From an uncultured Actinomycetota bacterium (lineage in GTDB: Bacteria; Actinomycetota; Actinomycetes; JAFAQI01), in contig CAVYQE010000011.1 of the NCBI GenBank assembly GCA_963770565.1, positions 416,001-480,000 of the forward strand: DNA of 64,000 nt. The letters are read 5' to 3'. Shown piece by piece: positions 11,562-20,642 of the stretch. Numbering within the stretch: the stretch's first letter is position 1; every line of letters starts with the position of its first letter. The notes beneath the pieces are model-generated. The model was not told the origin of the DNA, did not search any database, and saw nothing but the letters and a program-made list of their open reading frames with translations. The position numbers and the translations under genes are program-made.

Positions 11562-12797
11562 TCAGTTCTCGGGGCGTTTGCCGGCCATCGACATCAGTGC
11601 CGGGATCGGTAGCGGGCGGCCTGGAAGCAACAGGTTCCAGTAGGCCCAACGGAATCCCAACTTTCCCCAGTGGTTGAGGTGGCTCTCCTCGAGAAGGCTG
11701 AACGGGCCGATCAACGGCACCGGATACTTGCCCGGGAGCGGCTCCGTCTCGTAGTTGAAGTCGATCAACAAACCCTTGCCGTTGCCGGTTTCCACGAAGC
11801 AGTTCGCGTGGCCGTCGAACAAGTGAGTCATCGGCCGGTCGTTGATGTAGTCGACGAAGTTGTCGGTGAACAGCTCGATCGAGAAGTGGGCGACCGATCC
11901 GGCCTTCGATACCGGGATGTTGTTCGCATCACCGAGCGCGAAGATGTTCGGGTACGCCTTCGACAGCAAGGTGTGCCGGTCGACCGGGACGTAGTTGAGC
12001 TCGTTGCCGAGCCCGGAGCGGGCGATGTAGTCCGCGCCCATGTTCAGCGGCACGGTCACGAGCAGGTCGAACGGAATCTCCCGCTCGTCCATCGACACCA
12101 GCATCGGTGGGTCGGCGTCGATCCGGTCGACGACGTAGTCGGTCTCGAGCGCGATCTTGCGCTCGGCGAGCAAGCCGCTGAGATGGCGGGCGGCAACCGG
12201 CTTCGTGAAGGCCGCGTCAAGCGGTGTGACGTAGGTGATCTCGACCCGATCCCGGATTCCGCGTTCGGCGAAGAAGGCGTCAGCGAGAAAGGCAAACTCA
12301 AGGGGCGCGACCGGGCACTTGATCGGCATCTCGACGATCTGTACGACGAGGCGGCCACCATCCCATCCGGCCAGCTTCTCGCGCAGGGCGGTTGCACCGT
12401 CCAGGGTGTAGAAGTCGAAGATGCTTCGCCGCCACCCTGGACCGAGCATCCCCGGAGTCTGGTCCGGGCGGGTCGCCGTACCGGTTGCGATGACGAGGTA
12501 GTCGTAGCCGAGCTCCCGACCGTCATCAAGCGTGACCACGTTCTGGTCGGGTTCGACCCGTTCGATCTCCCCACGGACGAGCTCGACGCCGTCGGAAAGG
12601 TAGTGATGGCGGGGCCGGATGAGATCGACTGGCTCGCACTGGCCGAACGGGAGCAGCAGCAGTCCGGGTTGGTAGACGTGCTTATCGTCCTGGTCGACAA
12701 CGGTGATCCGCCACTGAGACGGCTCGAGTCGCGGCCGGAGCTTGTTGGCCGCCATCGTGCCCGCGGTGCCTGCTCCCAAGATCACCAGATTCCGCAT
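11562..12797 (-). CDS. sulfide:quinone oxidoreductase-like FAD flavoprotein
   Basis: LVILGAGTAG, HVYQPG, IKCPVAPLE, ALGD, SKAGS, DGHANCF motifs; GAGG RBS. Confidence 0.85.
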   Translation of the reverse strand: MRNLVILGAGTAGTMAANKLRPRLEPSQWRITVVDQDDKHVYQPGLLLLPFGQCEPVDLIRPRHHYLSDGVELVRGEIERVEPDQNVVTLDDGRELGYDYLVIATGTATRPDQTPGMLGPGWRRSIFDFYTLDGATALREKLAGWDGGRLVVQIVEMPIKCPVAPLEFAFLADAFFAERGIRDRVEITYVTPLDAAFTKPVAARHLSGLLAERKIALETDYVVDRIDADPPMLVSMDEREIPFDLLVTVPLNMGADYIARSGLGNELNYVPVDRHTLLSKAYPNIFALGDANNIPVSKAGSVAHFSIELFTDNFVDYINDRPMTHLFDGHANCFVETGNGKGLLIDFNYETEPLPGKYPVPLIGPFSLLEESHLNHWGKLGFRWAYWNLLLPGRPLPIPALMSMAGKRPEN

Positions 12798-12848
12798 GGT
12801 GCGCCTCGCTTCCACCCCAGGGTGATGCGGGTGCGGGCGTACCGGGTA

Positions 12849-12884
12849 GGGCCCAAGGGCCTCAGTCGTTCGGCTCTTGGTCCC
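12849..12884. promoter_or_regulatory. Imperfect inverted repeat resembling paired DosR/DevR boxes upstream of the SQR operon
   Basis: GGGCCCAAGGGCC-N10-GGCTCTTGGTCCC; each arm resembles the GGGACN..GTCCC core. Confidence 0.4.
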
Positions 12885-12961
12885 CTCTTGCGGGGCTCAC
12901 CGCGTCAGCGCCCGGCGGAGACGCTCTTCAAGCCGCCAACGGCGGCGCCGCTCAGCTCAAG

Positions 12962-12980
12962 GCCGCAGCTCAGCTGCGGC
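12962..12980 (-). terminator. Probable rpsT terminator hairpin
   Basis: GCCGCAGCT-C-AGCTGCGGC just after the rpsT stop. Confidence 0.5.
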
Positions 12981-12987
12981 GAAGGGA

Positions 12988-13248
12988 TTAGAGCGAGTTG
13001 GCGCGGTTCGCCATGGCCGACTTGCGGTTGGCCGCCTGGTTCGAGTGGATGACACCCTTGCTGGCTGCCTTGTCGAGCAGCTTCGAGGCGTCGCGCATCG
13101 CGGCACCTGCGGTGTCGGAGTCACCCGCGTCGGCGGCCTCGCGGAACCGGCGTACCGCGGTCTTGAGCTCGGACTTCACACCCTTGTTGCGCAGGCGGCG
13201 GCCTTCGTTCTGCCGGTTGCGCTTGATCTGGGACTTGATGTTGGCCAC
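12988..13248 (-). CDS. rpsT: 30S ribosomal protein S20
   Basis: ANIKSQIKR...[20 protein letters not shown]. Confidence 0.97.
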   Translation of the reverse strand: MANIKSQIKRNRQNEGRRLRNKGVKSELKTAVRRFREAADAGDSDTAGAAMRDASKLLDKAASKGVIHSNQAANRKSAMANRANSL

Positions 13249-13376
13249 GCGGAAACTACCTCGATCGTCGGGTGTGGAGATGCGACCTGAGAGGTTACCA
13301 GCCGGCCCGCTCTCGGCGCGAACCTCAACGGGGCGAGCGTGCCGAGCCGGCGGTCGGATTCGTGACACCATGGAAT

Positions 13377-15218
13377 GTGCCCACCGATTCGGACCCCTCG
13401 ACGTCAGGGCGCACCGATCCCGGTCGGATCCGCAACTTCTGCATCATCGCCCACATCGATCATGGCAAGTCGACGCTGGCCGACCGGATGCTCGAGGTCA
13501 CCGGGGTCGTCGAGCTGCGGAACATGCGGGCGCAGTACCTCGACAAGATGGACATCGAGCGTGAGCGCGGCATCACGATCAAGGCGCAGAACGTCCGGCT
13601 GCCGTGGGTGGTCGACGGCGTCGACTACGTCCTGGACCTGATCGACACCCCGGGGCACGTCGACTTCTCCTACGAGGTCAGTCGCAGCCTGGCCGCCTGC
13701 GAAGGCGCGATCCTGCTGGTTGACGCCGCCCAGGGGATCGAGGCGCAGACCCTGGCCAATCTCTATCTCGCGATCGACAACGACCTCACGATCATCCCGG
13801 TGCTCAACAAGATCGACCTGCCGGCCGCCCAGCCGGACAAGTACGCCGAGGAGATCGCGCGGATCATCGGCTGCCGGCCCGACGAGGTGCTGCGGGTCAG
13901 CGCCAAGACCGGCGAAGGTGTCCGCGAGCTGCTCGACCACGTGGTGCGGGTGGTGCCCGCACCGGTCGGCGACCCCGATGCGCCGCCGCGGGCGCTGATC
14001 TTCGACTCGGTGTACGACGTCTACCGAGGCGTCATCACCTACGTCCGGGTGTTCGACGGCCGGCTCACGACGCACGACCGCTGTCTGATGATGTCGACCG
14101 GCGCGGCGCACGAGACGCTGGAGGTCGGCGTTGCCGCACCGGACCCGACCCCGACCACGAGCCTCGGTGTCGGCGAGGTCGGCTACGTGATCCCGGGCGT
14201 GAAGAACGTCCGGCAGGCCCGGGTCGGCGACACCATCACGAGCGCCAACCGGCCCGCTGCTCAGTCCCTCGGTGGCTATCGCCATCCGAAGCCGATGGTC
14301 TATTCGGGGCTGTATCCGATCGACGGCAGCGACTATCCGCTGCTGCGCGACGCCCTCGACAAGCTGCAGCTCAACGACGCCTCGCTCCTCTATGAGCCGG
14401 AGACCTCGACCGCGCTCGGCTTCGGCTTTCGCTGCGGTTTCCTCGGCCTGCTGCACCTGGAGATCGTCCGTGAGCGGCTCGAGCGCGAGTTCGACCTGGC
14501 GCTGATCTCGACCGCGCCGAACGTGGTCTACCGGGTCGAGCTCGAGACCGGTGGCGAGGTGATCGTCACCAACCCGGCCGACTGGCCGACCGGCAAGATC
14601 GGCGAGGTCTACGAGCCGGTGGTCGACGCGATGCTGTTGCTTCCCAACGACTACGTCGGCGCGGTGATGGACCTCTGCCAGACCCGTCGCGGTGCGTTGA
14701 AGGGGATGGAATACCTCTCTGAGGACCGGGTCGAGCTGAAGTACGCCTTGCCGCTCGCCGAGATCATCTTCGACTTCTTCGATCAGCTGAAGTCGCGTAC
14801 CCGCGGCTACGCGAGCCTCGACTACGAGCCGGCCGGCGAGCAGGAGGCCGACCTGGTGAAGGTCGACATCCTCCTGCAGGGTGAGCCGGTCGACGCCTTC
14901 AGCGCGATCGTGCACAAGGACAAGGCGTATGCGTACGGCACCTTGATGGTCTCGAAGCTGCGCCAGCTGATCCCGCGGCAGCAGTTCGAGGTGCCGATCC
15001 AGGCGGCGATCGGCACCCGGGTGATCGCGCGGGAGAACATCCGCGCGATGCGGAAGGACGTGCTCGCGAAGTGTTACGGCGGTGACATCACCCGCAAGCG
15101 CAAGCTGCTCGAGAAGCAGAAGGAAGGCAAGCGACGGATGAAGATGGTCGGCCGCGTCGAGGTACCGCAAGAGGCGTTCATCGCCGCGCTGTCGACGAAC
15201 GAGCCGGCAAAATCCTGA
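13377..15218 (+). CDS. lepA: translation elongation factor 4
   Basis: [47 protein letters not shown]; start approximate. Confidence 0.97.
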   Translation: MPTDSDPSTSGRTDPGRIRNFCIIAHIDHGKSTLADRMLEVTGVVELRNMRAQYLDKMDIERERGITIKAQNVRLPWVVDGVDYVLDLIDTPGHVDFSYEVSRSLAACEGAILLVDAAQGIEAQTLANLYLAIDNDLTIIPVLNKIDLPAAQPDKYAEEIARIIGCRPDEVLRVSAKTGEGVRELLDHVVRVVPAPVGDPDAPPRALIFDSVYDVYRGVITYVRVFDGRLTTHDRCLMMSTGAAHETLEVGVAAPDPTPTTSLGVGEVGYVIPGVKNVRQARVGDTITSANRPAAQSLGGYRHPKPMVYSGLYPIDGSDYPLLRDALDKLQLNDASLLYEPETSTALGFGFRCGFLGLLHLEIVRERLEREFDLALISTAPNVVYRVELETGGEVIVTNPADWPTGKIGEVYEPVVDAMLLLPNDYVGAVMDLCQTRRGALKGMEYLSEDRVELKYALPLAEIIFDFFDQLKSRTRGYASLDYEPAGEQEADLVKVDILLQGEPVDAFSAIVHKDKAYAYGTLMVSKLRQLIPRQQFEVPIQAAIGTRVIARENIRAMRKDVLAKCYGGDITRKRKLLEKQKEGKRRMKMVGRVEVPQEAFIAALSTNEPAKS

Positions 15219-15243
15219 TTGCGGCCAACCCTAAAGTGGGGTT

Positions 15244-16482
15244 GTGCCCGTTTCGAGCCTGCTTCCGGCCCGAGGCGCGCCAAGAGTCCTTGCCGTCGCG
15301 AGCCTGGTCAACACCCTCGGCAACGGGCTGTTCTATACGGTCTCGGCACTCTTCCTGACCCGTTCGGTCGGGCTCTCGGTTCGGCAGGTCGGGGTGGGAC
15401 TGACCATTGCGGGTGGCGTTGCGCTGTTCGCGAACGTGCCGGCCGGTCGGATCGCCGAGATCGCCGGGCCGCGCGAGGTCCTCGTTATCACCTTTGTGCT
15501 CGCAGCCGGCTTCATGGCCGCGTATGCCTTCGTCCACTCGTTCTGGGTGTTCGTCGTGATCGCCTGCGGTGAGCTCGCCGCGACGAACGCCGGAAACGCC
15601 GTACGCAACGGCTTGATCGCGACCGCGGTCGCGGGTGAGGACCGGGTTCGCACCCGCGCTTATCTGCGGTCGGTGACCAACCTCGGGATCGGGGTCGGCT
15701 CGGCCCTGGCCGGGATCGCGCTGCACGTCGACACCCGAACCGCCTATGTGACGCTGATCGTCGCGGACGCCGCGACCTTCGCGCTCACCGCGCTGTTGGT
15801 CACTCGCCTGCCCCATGTCGCGCCGCTGCCACGCGACCTCGGTGACGGCCCGCGCCTGGTCGCGATCCGCGACCGCCCCTACGTGTCGCTCGTCGCGATG
15901 AACTCGCTGCTCAACATCCACAACGGCCTGCTCGAGGTCGCGGTCCCGCTCTGGGTGGTGCGGCACACGTCCGCACCACGGTCGATCGTCGCCGCGATCT
16001 TTATCGTCAACACCGGGATCTGCGTGCTCTTTCAGATCCGCGCGAGCCGTGGCGTCGACGACATCCCGTCCTCGGCACGGGCCCTGCGCCGGTGCGGCGT
16101 ACTCCTGTTTGCCGCGTGCGCCATCTATGGGCTCTCGGGCGGCCGCTCGCGGGATGTCGCCATCGTTCTGCTGCTGGTCGCCGAGCTGGTGCACGTGACG
16201 GGCGAGCTGTTCCAGGCCGCCGGGTCCTGGGGATACGCCTACGGCCTTGCCCCTGACCACTTGCAAGGTCAGTACCAGGGGCTGTTCAGCATGAGCTATG
16301 GCGTGTCCAACATGCTGGCGCCGGTCATCGTGACCACGGTGGTCGTCGGTGGTGGCCTCGGTGGTTGGCTGTTGATCGGCACGATGTTCCTCGTGGTCGG
16401 GGTTGCGATGGGCCCGGTCGGGCGGTGGGCGGCAGCGAACCGTCCGGAACTTGCCGCACCCGTGCAAGGCTTGCCGGCATGA
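15244..16482 (+). CDS. MFS transporter
   Basis: About 12 hydrophobic segments; GRIAEIAGPR motif A; APDHLQGQYQG. Confidence 0.85.
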   Translation: MPVSSLLPARGAPRVLAVASLVNTLGNGLFYTVSALFLTRSVGLSVRQVGVGLTIAGGVALFANVPAGRIAEIAGPREVLVITFVLAAGFMAAYAFVHSFWVFVVIACGELAATNAGNAVRNGLIATAVAGEDRVRTRAYLRSVTNLGIGVGSALAGIALHVDTRTAYVTLIVADAATFALTALLVTRLPHVAPLPRDLGDGPRLVAIRDRPYVSLVAMNSLLNIHNGLLEVAVPLWVVRHTSAPRSIVAAIFIVNTGICVLFQIRASRGVDDIPSSARALRRCGVLLFAACAIYGLSGGRSRDVAIVLLLVAELVHVTGELFQAAGSWGYAYGLAPDHLQGQYQGLFSMSYGVSNMLAPVIVTTVVVGGGLGGWLLIGTMFLVVGVAMGPVGRWAAANRPELAAPVQGLPA

Positions 16483-17054
16483 AGCTGTTGCTGATCGGCC
16501 CGCCCGGCTCCGGCAAGGGCACTCAGGGGCAGCTGCTCGCCGACCGGTTCCACCTGGCGCACATCGCGGCCGGTGACCTGCTGCGCGCCGAGGTCGAGGC
16601 CGGTACGCCGCTCGGCAAGCAGGCCGCCGACTATCTCGATCGCGGCGAGCTGGTGCCCGACGAGCTGGTGATCGACCTCCTGATGCCGGTGATCGTGGCC
16701 TCGCTCGAGGGCAACGGGTACGTCCTCGACGGGTTCCCGCGCTCGGTCGGCCAGGCGCTCGTCGCGCGCCGGATGGCCGAGGAGGTGGGTGCGACGCCGG
16801 ACGCGGTGATCTATCTCGACTCCTCGCGCGACGTACTGGTCGAGCGGATCCTGGCCCGGGCCGAGATCGAGGGCCGCAGCGATGACACCGCCGAGGTCGT
16901 CCATAACCGGCTCGAGGTCTTCGACGAGGCGACCAGCCCGCTGATCGACTACTACCGGAGCCGCGGTCTGCTTCACGTGGTGAACGGCGACCTGAGCGAG
17001 GCCGAGGTCACCGCAGAGATCCTGGCCGCGATCGGGTACCTCGCCTCGGAATGA
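16479..17054 (+). CDS. adk: adenylate kinase (short LID form; likely paralog)
   Basis: LIGPPGSGKGTQ, GDLLR, GELVPD, LDGFPR, GRSDD; ATGA overlap with MFS. Confidence 0.9.
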   Translation: MKLLLIGPPGSGKGTQGQLLADRFHLAHIAAGDLLRAEVEAGTPLGKQAADYLDRGELVPDELVIDLLMPVIVASLEGNGYVLDGFPRSVGQALVARRMAEEVGATPDAVIYLDSSRDVLVERILARAEIEGRSDDTAEVVHNRLEVFDEATSPLIDYYRSRGLLHVVNGDLSEAEVTAEILAAIGYLASE

Positions 17055-17067
17055 CGGGCTCGGCCTG

Positions 17068-18288
17068 ATGCCCTCGACCCTGCCGGACGGTGATCCGGCG
17101 CCCGTCGACGGCGCGCTGCCACCCGAGGCTTTGACCGGTCTGGGCGCGCGGCCGTTCGGCGTCTACGTCCACGTTCCGTACTGCGCAACCCGGTGCGGCT
17201 ACTGCGATTTCAACACATATACGGCGATCGAGCTCGGTGGCGGCGCCTCCCAAGCGTCGTACGCCGGCACCGCGGCCGGGGAGATCGAGTTCGCCCGTCG
17301 GGTGCTGGGCGAGGCCACGGTCGAGGTGTCAACGGTCTTCTTCGGCGGCGGCACACCGACCCTGCTGCCGGCGGCCGACCTGGTCGGCCTGCTCGGGCGG
17401 ATCGACCAGCGGTTCGGCCTGGTCGCCGATGCCGAGGTGACCACCGAGGCCAACCCGGAGTCGGTGACCCCGGCCTCGCTCGAGGCGCTGCGGGAGGGCG
17501 GGTTCACCCGGATCAGCTTCGGGATGCAGTCGGTCGTGCCGCACGTCCTTGCCACCCTTGACCGCCAGCACACGCCGGGACGCGCAGCGGCTGCCGTCCG
17601 CGAAGCGCGCGCGGCTGGCTTCGAGCACGTCAGCGTCGATCTCATCTACGGAACGCCGGGGGAGTCCGACGACGACTGGCGGGCCTCGCTCGCCGCCGCG
17701 ACCGAACTCGACGTGGACCACGTGTCGGCGTACTCGCTCATCGTCGAGCCGGGTACCAGGCTCGCGGCCAGGATCGCCCGCGGCGAGCTGCCGATGACCG
17801 ACGACGACGTCCTTGCCGACCGCTACGAGCTGGCCGACGACGCGCTGAGCGCGGCCGGTCTGCACTGGTACGAGGTCTCGAACTGGACCCGCGGCGCGGG
17901 GAGCCAGGCCCGGCACAACCTGCTCTATTGGACCGGCGGCGACTGGTGGGGGGTCGGGCCGGGTGCCCACAGCCACGTCGGCGGGGTGCGGTGGTGGAAC
18001 GTCAAGCACCCGCGCGACTACGACGCCCGGCTGGCCGCCGGTGCGTCGCCGGCCGCGGCCCGGGAAACGCTCACTGCCGACCAGCGCGAGGTCGAGGAGG
18101 TCATGCTCCGGCTCCGGCTGCGGACCGGCCTGTCGCTGCGCGACCTCAGCGAGCGGGCCGGCGAAGCAGCCGCGGTGGCGCGCGGCGACGGCCTGCTCGA
18201 CCCCGCGGCGTACGACGAGGGCCGGGCGGTGCTGAGCGAGCGCGGGCGGCTACTGGCCGACGCGGTCGTGCGCGATCTGGTCGGATGA
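17068..18288 (+). CDS. hemW: radical SAM heme chaperone
   Basis: YVHVPYCATRCGYCDF, FFGGGTP, YEVSNW, HNLLYW; lepA-hemW-hrcA synteny. Confidence 0.93.
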   Translation: MPSTLPDGDPAPVDGALPPEALTGLGARPFGVYVHVPYCATRCGYCDFNTYTAIELGGGASQASYAGTAAGEIEFARRVLGEATVEVSTVFFGGGTPTLLPAADLVGLLGRIDQRFGLVADAEVTTEANPESVTPASLEALREGGFTRISFGMQSVVPHVLATLDRQHTPGRAAAAVREARAAGFEHVSVDLIYGTPGESDDDWRASLAAATELDVDHVSAYSLIVEPGTRLAARIARGELPMTDDDVLADRYELADDALSAAGLHWYEVSNWTRGAGSQARHNLLYWTGGDWWGVGPGAHSHVGGVRWWNVKHPRDYDARLAAGASPAAARETLTADQREVEEVMLRLRLRTGLSLRDLSERAGEAAAVARGDGLLDPAAYDEGRAVLSERGRLLADAVVRDLVG

Positions 18289-18350
18289 TGTTTGTCCACA
18301 GGTCACCCAACCCAGACATAATGGACATCGAGGCGGGGCACGCTGATGTC

Positions 18351-18428
18351 ATGGCCGATCTCTTCGCGATCGTCGGACTCATCACCGTGAGCCTGCTCGG
18401 CGTCGCCCGGTGGTGGGAAGAGCACTAA
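18351..18428 (+). CDS. Putative 25-aa membrane peptide (MADLFAIVGLITVSLLGVARWWEEH)
   Basis: Single hydrophobic stretch; TCCACAG (18295) and CACGCT -10-like (18339) at the comE geometry. Confidence 0.45.
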   Translation: MADLFAIVGLITVSLLGVARWWEEH

Positions 18429-18452
18429 CGTCCCGCTAGCGTCACGGTCGAT

Positions 18453-18478
18453 GCAACGTTCGGCCCCCCTGCAGCGTT
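18453..18478 (+). promoter_or_regulatory. ECF sigma promoter (probable autoregulation)
   Basis: GCAAC-N17-CGTT upstream of the ECF sigma gene. Confidence 0.6.
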
Positions 18479-18511
18479 GTTGAGGGTGGGTCGGCGAGCA
18501 TCGGAGGCACC

Positions 18512-19015
18512 GTGGACGACGCGTCCTTCCAGGAGTACGTCGCCAGCCGTGGCCAGGCCCTGGCCCGGATGGCGTACCTGCTGTCCGGCAGTCACGCCGA
18601 CGCCGACGACCTCGTCCAGGCGGCGCTCGCGAAGGCCTACGCCCGCTGGTCGCACATCTCGACGCTGGATTCGCCGGACGCCTACGTCCGGCGAATCCTC
18701 GCCAACCAGCACGTCTCGTGGTGGCGCTCGCGCCGGCGCGAGCGCCTGACCGACCAGACCCCCGAGGTCGCGGTCGGCGACGCCACTGCCAACCGGGCCG
18801 ACGCCGACCTGGTGCGGGCCGGGGTCCGCGCCTTGCCGCCGCGGCAACGCGCGGCGATCGTCTTCCGCTACTTCGAGGATCTCGACGACGCCGCGATCGC
18901 CGACGCGCTCGGCTGCTCGGTCGGCACTGTCCGCAGCCAGATCTCGCGCGCGCTCGCGACGCTTCGCAGTCAATGCGAGCTGGTTGACCTACTCACCTCC
19001 GGAGGCCCTTCATGA
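18512..19015 (+). CDS. ECF sigma factor, Streptomyces SigE-like family
   Basis: ADDLVQAAL.KAY.RW, AYVRR, LPPRQRAAIV.RY.EDL, GCSVGTVRSQ. Confidence 0.92.
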   Translation: MDDASFQEYVASRGQALARMAYLLSGSHADADDLVQAALAKAYARWSHISTLDSPDAYVRRILANQHVSWWRSRRRERLTDQTPEVAVGDATANRADADLVRAGVRALPPRQRAAIVFRYFEDLDDAAIADALGCSVGTVRSQISRALATLRSQCELVDLLTSGGPS

Positions 19016-19779
19016 CCGATCTCGACGAGCTGATCCGTGAGGTCCTGACCACCGACGCCCAGACGCAACTCCAACCGGATGGGCTGACCGAGCGGAGCAT
19101 GCAGCTCGGGCGACGGCTTCGTCAGCGCCGCCGGTTCGCCTTCGCCTCGGCCGCCCTCGGGTCGGTGGCCGTCCTCGTGGCCGGTTCGCTCGCGATCTCC
19201 GATGCGGTCACCCGCAGTTCGAACCAGGTCGTCGCGCCGGCCGGGCAACTCGGCCATCGCGACCTTCATCCGGTCGGGCCGTGGCGGTCGTGGCCGCGGG
19301 ACCGTGCGTACGGAACCAAGCTTTCGGAGCAGTCATTGACCGACGTGCCGGCATCACAGCTGCTCGCCGGCGGAACGATGACGGACGGGATCCAGTTCAA
19401 GATCTACGCCACTGATCAGAACGCGATGCCGGTCTCCGACATCTTCGGCTTCAGCGACCAGCCGATCTTCGGCGACAACCCCGGCGAGGGCAGCCCACAG
19501 TACCGCCCGGACGCGCCGTACTTTGCGATCGAGGCGATGACCGCGACCACCTGGGACCACGGCAACGAGGACCAGGGCACCGGCCAATGGCTGATCGTCG
19601 CCGCTCAGCCGGGCACCACCTCGGCGTCGTACTCCGCAGACGGCACCACCTGGCAACCGATGCTGCTGCAGAACGGGATCGCCGTCCTCCAGCTCCCCGC
19701 CATCGCACCGCGGGGCGCCCAGCTCGAGCTCAGCGATGCTCAGGGTCCGTACGTCGACGGGCCGCTCGCCATCCTCTGA
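19012..19779 (+). CDS. Single-pass membrane protein, putative anti-sigma factor
   Basis: ATGA overlap with sigma; short N-terminus, Arg cluster, TM, extracellular domain. Confidence 0.6.
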   Translation: MTDLDELIREVLTTDAQTQLQPDGLTERSMQLGRRLRQRRRFAFASAALGSVAVLVAGSLAISDAVTRSSNQVVAPAGQLGHRDLHPVGPWRSWPRDRAYGTKLSEQSLTDVPASQLLAGGTMTDGIQFKIYATDQNAMPVSDIFGFSDQPIFGDNPGEGSPQYRPDAPYFAIEAMTATTWDHGNEDQGTGQWLIVAAQPGTTSASYSADGTTWQPMLLQNGIAVLQLPAIAPRGAQLELSDAQGPYVDGPLAIL

Positions 19780-19785
19780 CCCCCA

Positions 19786-19878
19786 GCCCCACGCATGGCC
19801 CATGCGTGGGGCTATCGCCCCACCAATGGGCCATCGGTGTGCCTATGGCCCCACCAATGGGCCATGCGTGTGGGTGTC
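19786..19878. repeat. Three tandem 31-bp imperfectly palindromic units
   Basis: Units start at 19786, 19817, 19848; shared GCCCCAC..ATGG.CCAT..GTG. Confidence 0.85.
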
Positions 19879-19889
19879 ATGATGCGGTG

Positions 19890-20540
19890 GTGGTCGACAC
19901 TGCCGAGATCGACGAGGTCGTCGAGGGCGCTCGCGGCGGCCACGCGCGGTTGATCGAGACGATTGCCTTGCTGACCGACGCGCAGGCTCGCAGCCCGTCG
20001 TTGTTGCCCGGCTGGACGGTCGGTCACGTGCTCACCCACATCGCCCGCAACGGCGACTCGCACGTCCGGATGATGCGCGCAGCAATGGCCGGCGAGGCGG
20101 TCACGCAGTACGCCGGCGGGCACGACGAGCGGGTCGCCAACATCGAGGCCGGCGCCGCGCGCCCGGCCGCGGAGCTGATCGCCGATGTCGCCTCGAGCTC
20201 GGCCGCGGTGGATGCCGCCTGGGCCGACATGACCCCGCACGCCTGGGCCGGGCACGGGCTCAACGCGGCCGGCGAGATCTGGCCTTGTGCCGCGATGCCG
20301 CTACACCGCTGGCGCGAGGTCGAGCTCCACCATGTCGACCTCGGCCTCGGTTACGTCCCCGCCGACTGGCCGGATCCGTACGTCGACCGGGAGCTCGCGA
20401 TCAGCGTGCGGCTCATGCCCGAGCGGCTCGATCCGGCCGACCAGCGCCAGGTCCTGGCCTGGCTCGTCGGGCGGTCCGGCGAGCTGGGCGACGTGACGCT
20501 GGCGCCCTGGCAGAACCGTCCGGACCACTACCTGCGCTGA
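19890..20540 (+). CDS. mycothiol-dependent maleylpyruvate isomerase (DinB/MDMPI) family protein
   Basis: PSLLPGWTVGHVLTHIARN, RWREVELHHVDLG; start approximate. Confidence 0.85.
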   Translation: MVDTAEIDEVVEGARGGHARLIETIALLTDAQARSPSLLPGWTVGHVLTHIARNGDSHVRMMRAAMAGEAVTQYAGGHDERVANIEAGAARPAAELIADVASSSAAVDAAWADMTPHAWAGHGLNAAGEIWPCAAMPLHRWREVELHHVDLGLGYVPADWPDPYVDRELAISVRLMPERLDPADQRQVLAWLVGRSGELGDVTLAPWQNRPDHYLR

Positions 20541-20583
20541 GGGGGTGTCGACGCCGCAACGGCAGTCGTACCGCGCCGTACAC

Positions 20584-20610
20584 TTGGCACTCAGGACAAC
20601 TGAGTGCCAG
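20584..20610. promoter_or_regulatory. CIRCE element (HrcA operator)
   Basis: TTGGCACTC-N9-GAGTGCCAG upstream of hrcA. Confidence 0.92.
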
Positions 20611-20642
20611 ACCGGCGCCAGGACCACTCGAGGAGGGTCGCG

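Noticed and set aside
19786-19878. CRISPR array
   Set aside because: Units are directly adjacent with no unique spacers, and there are no cas genes in the window
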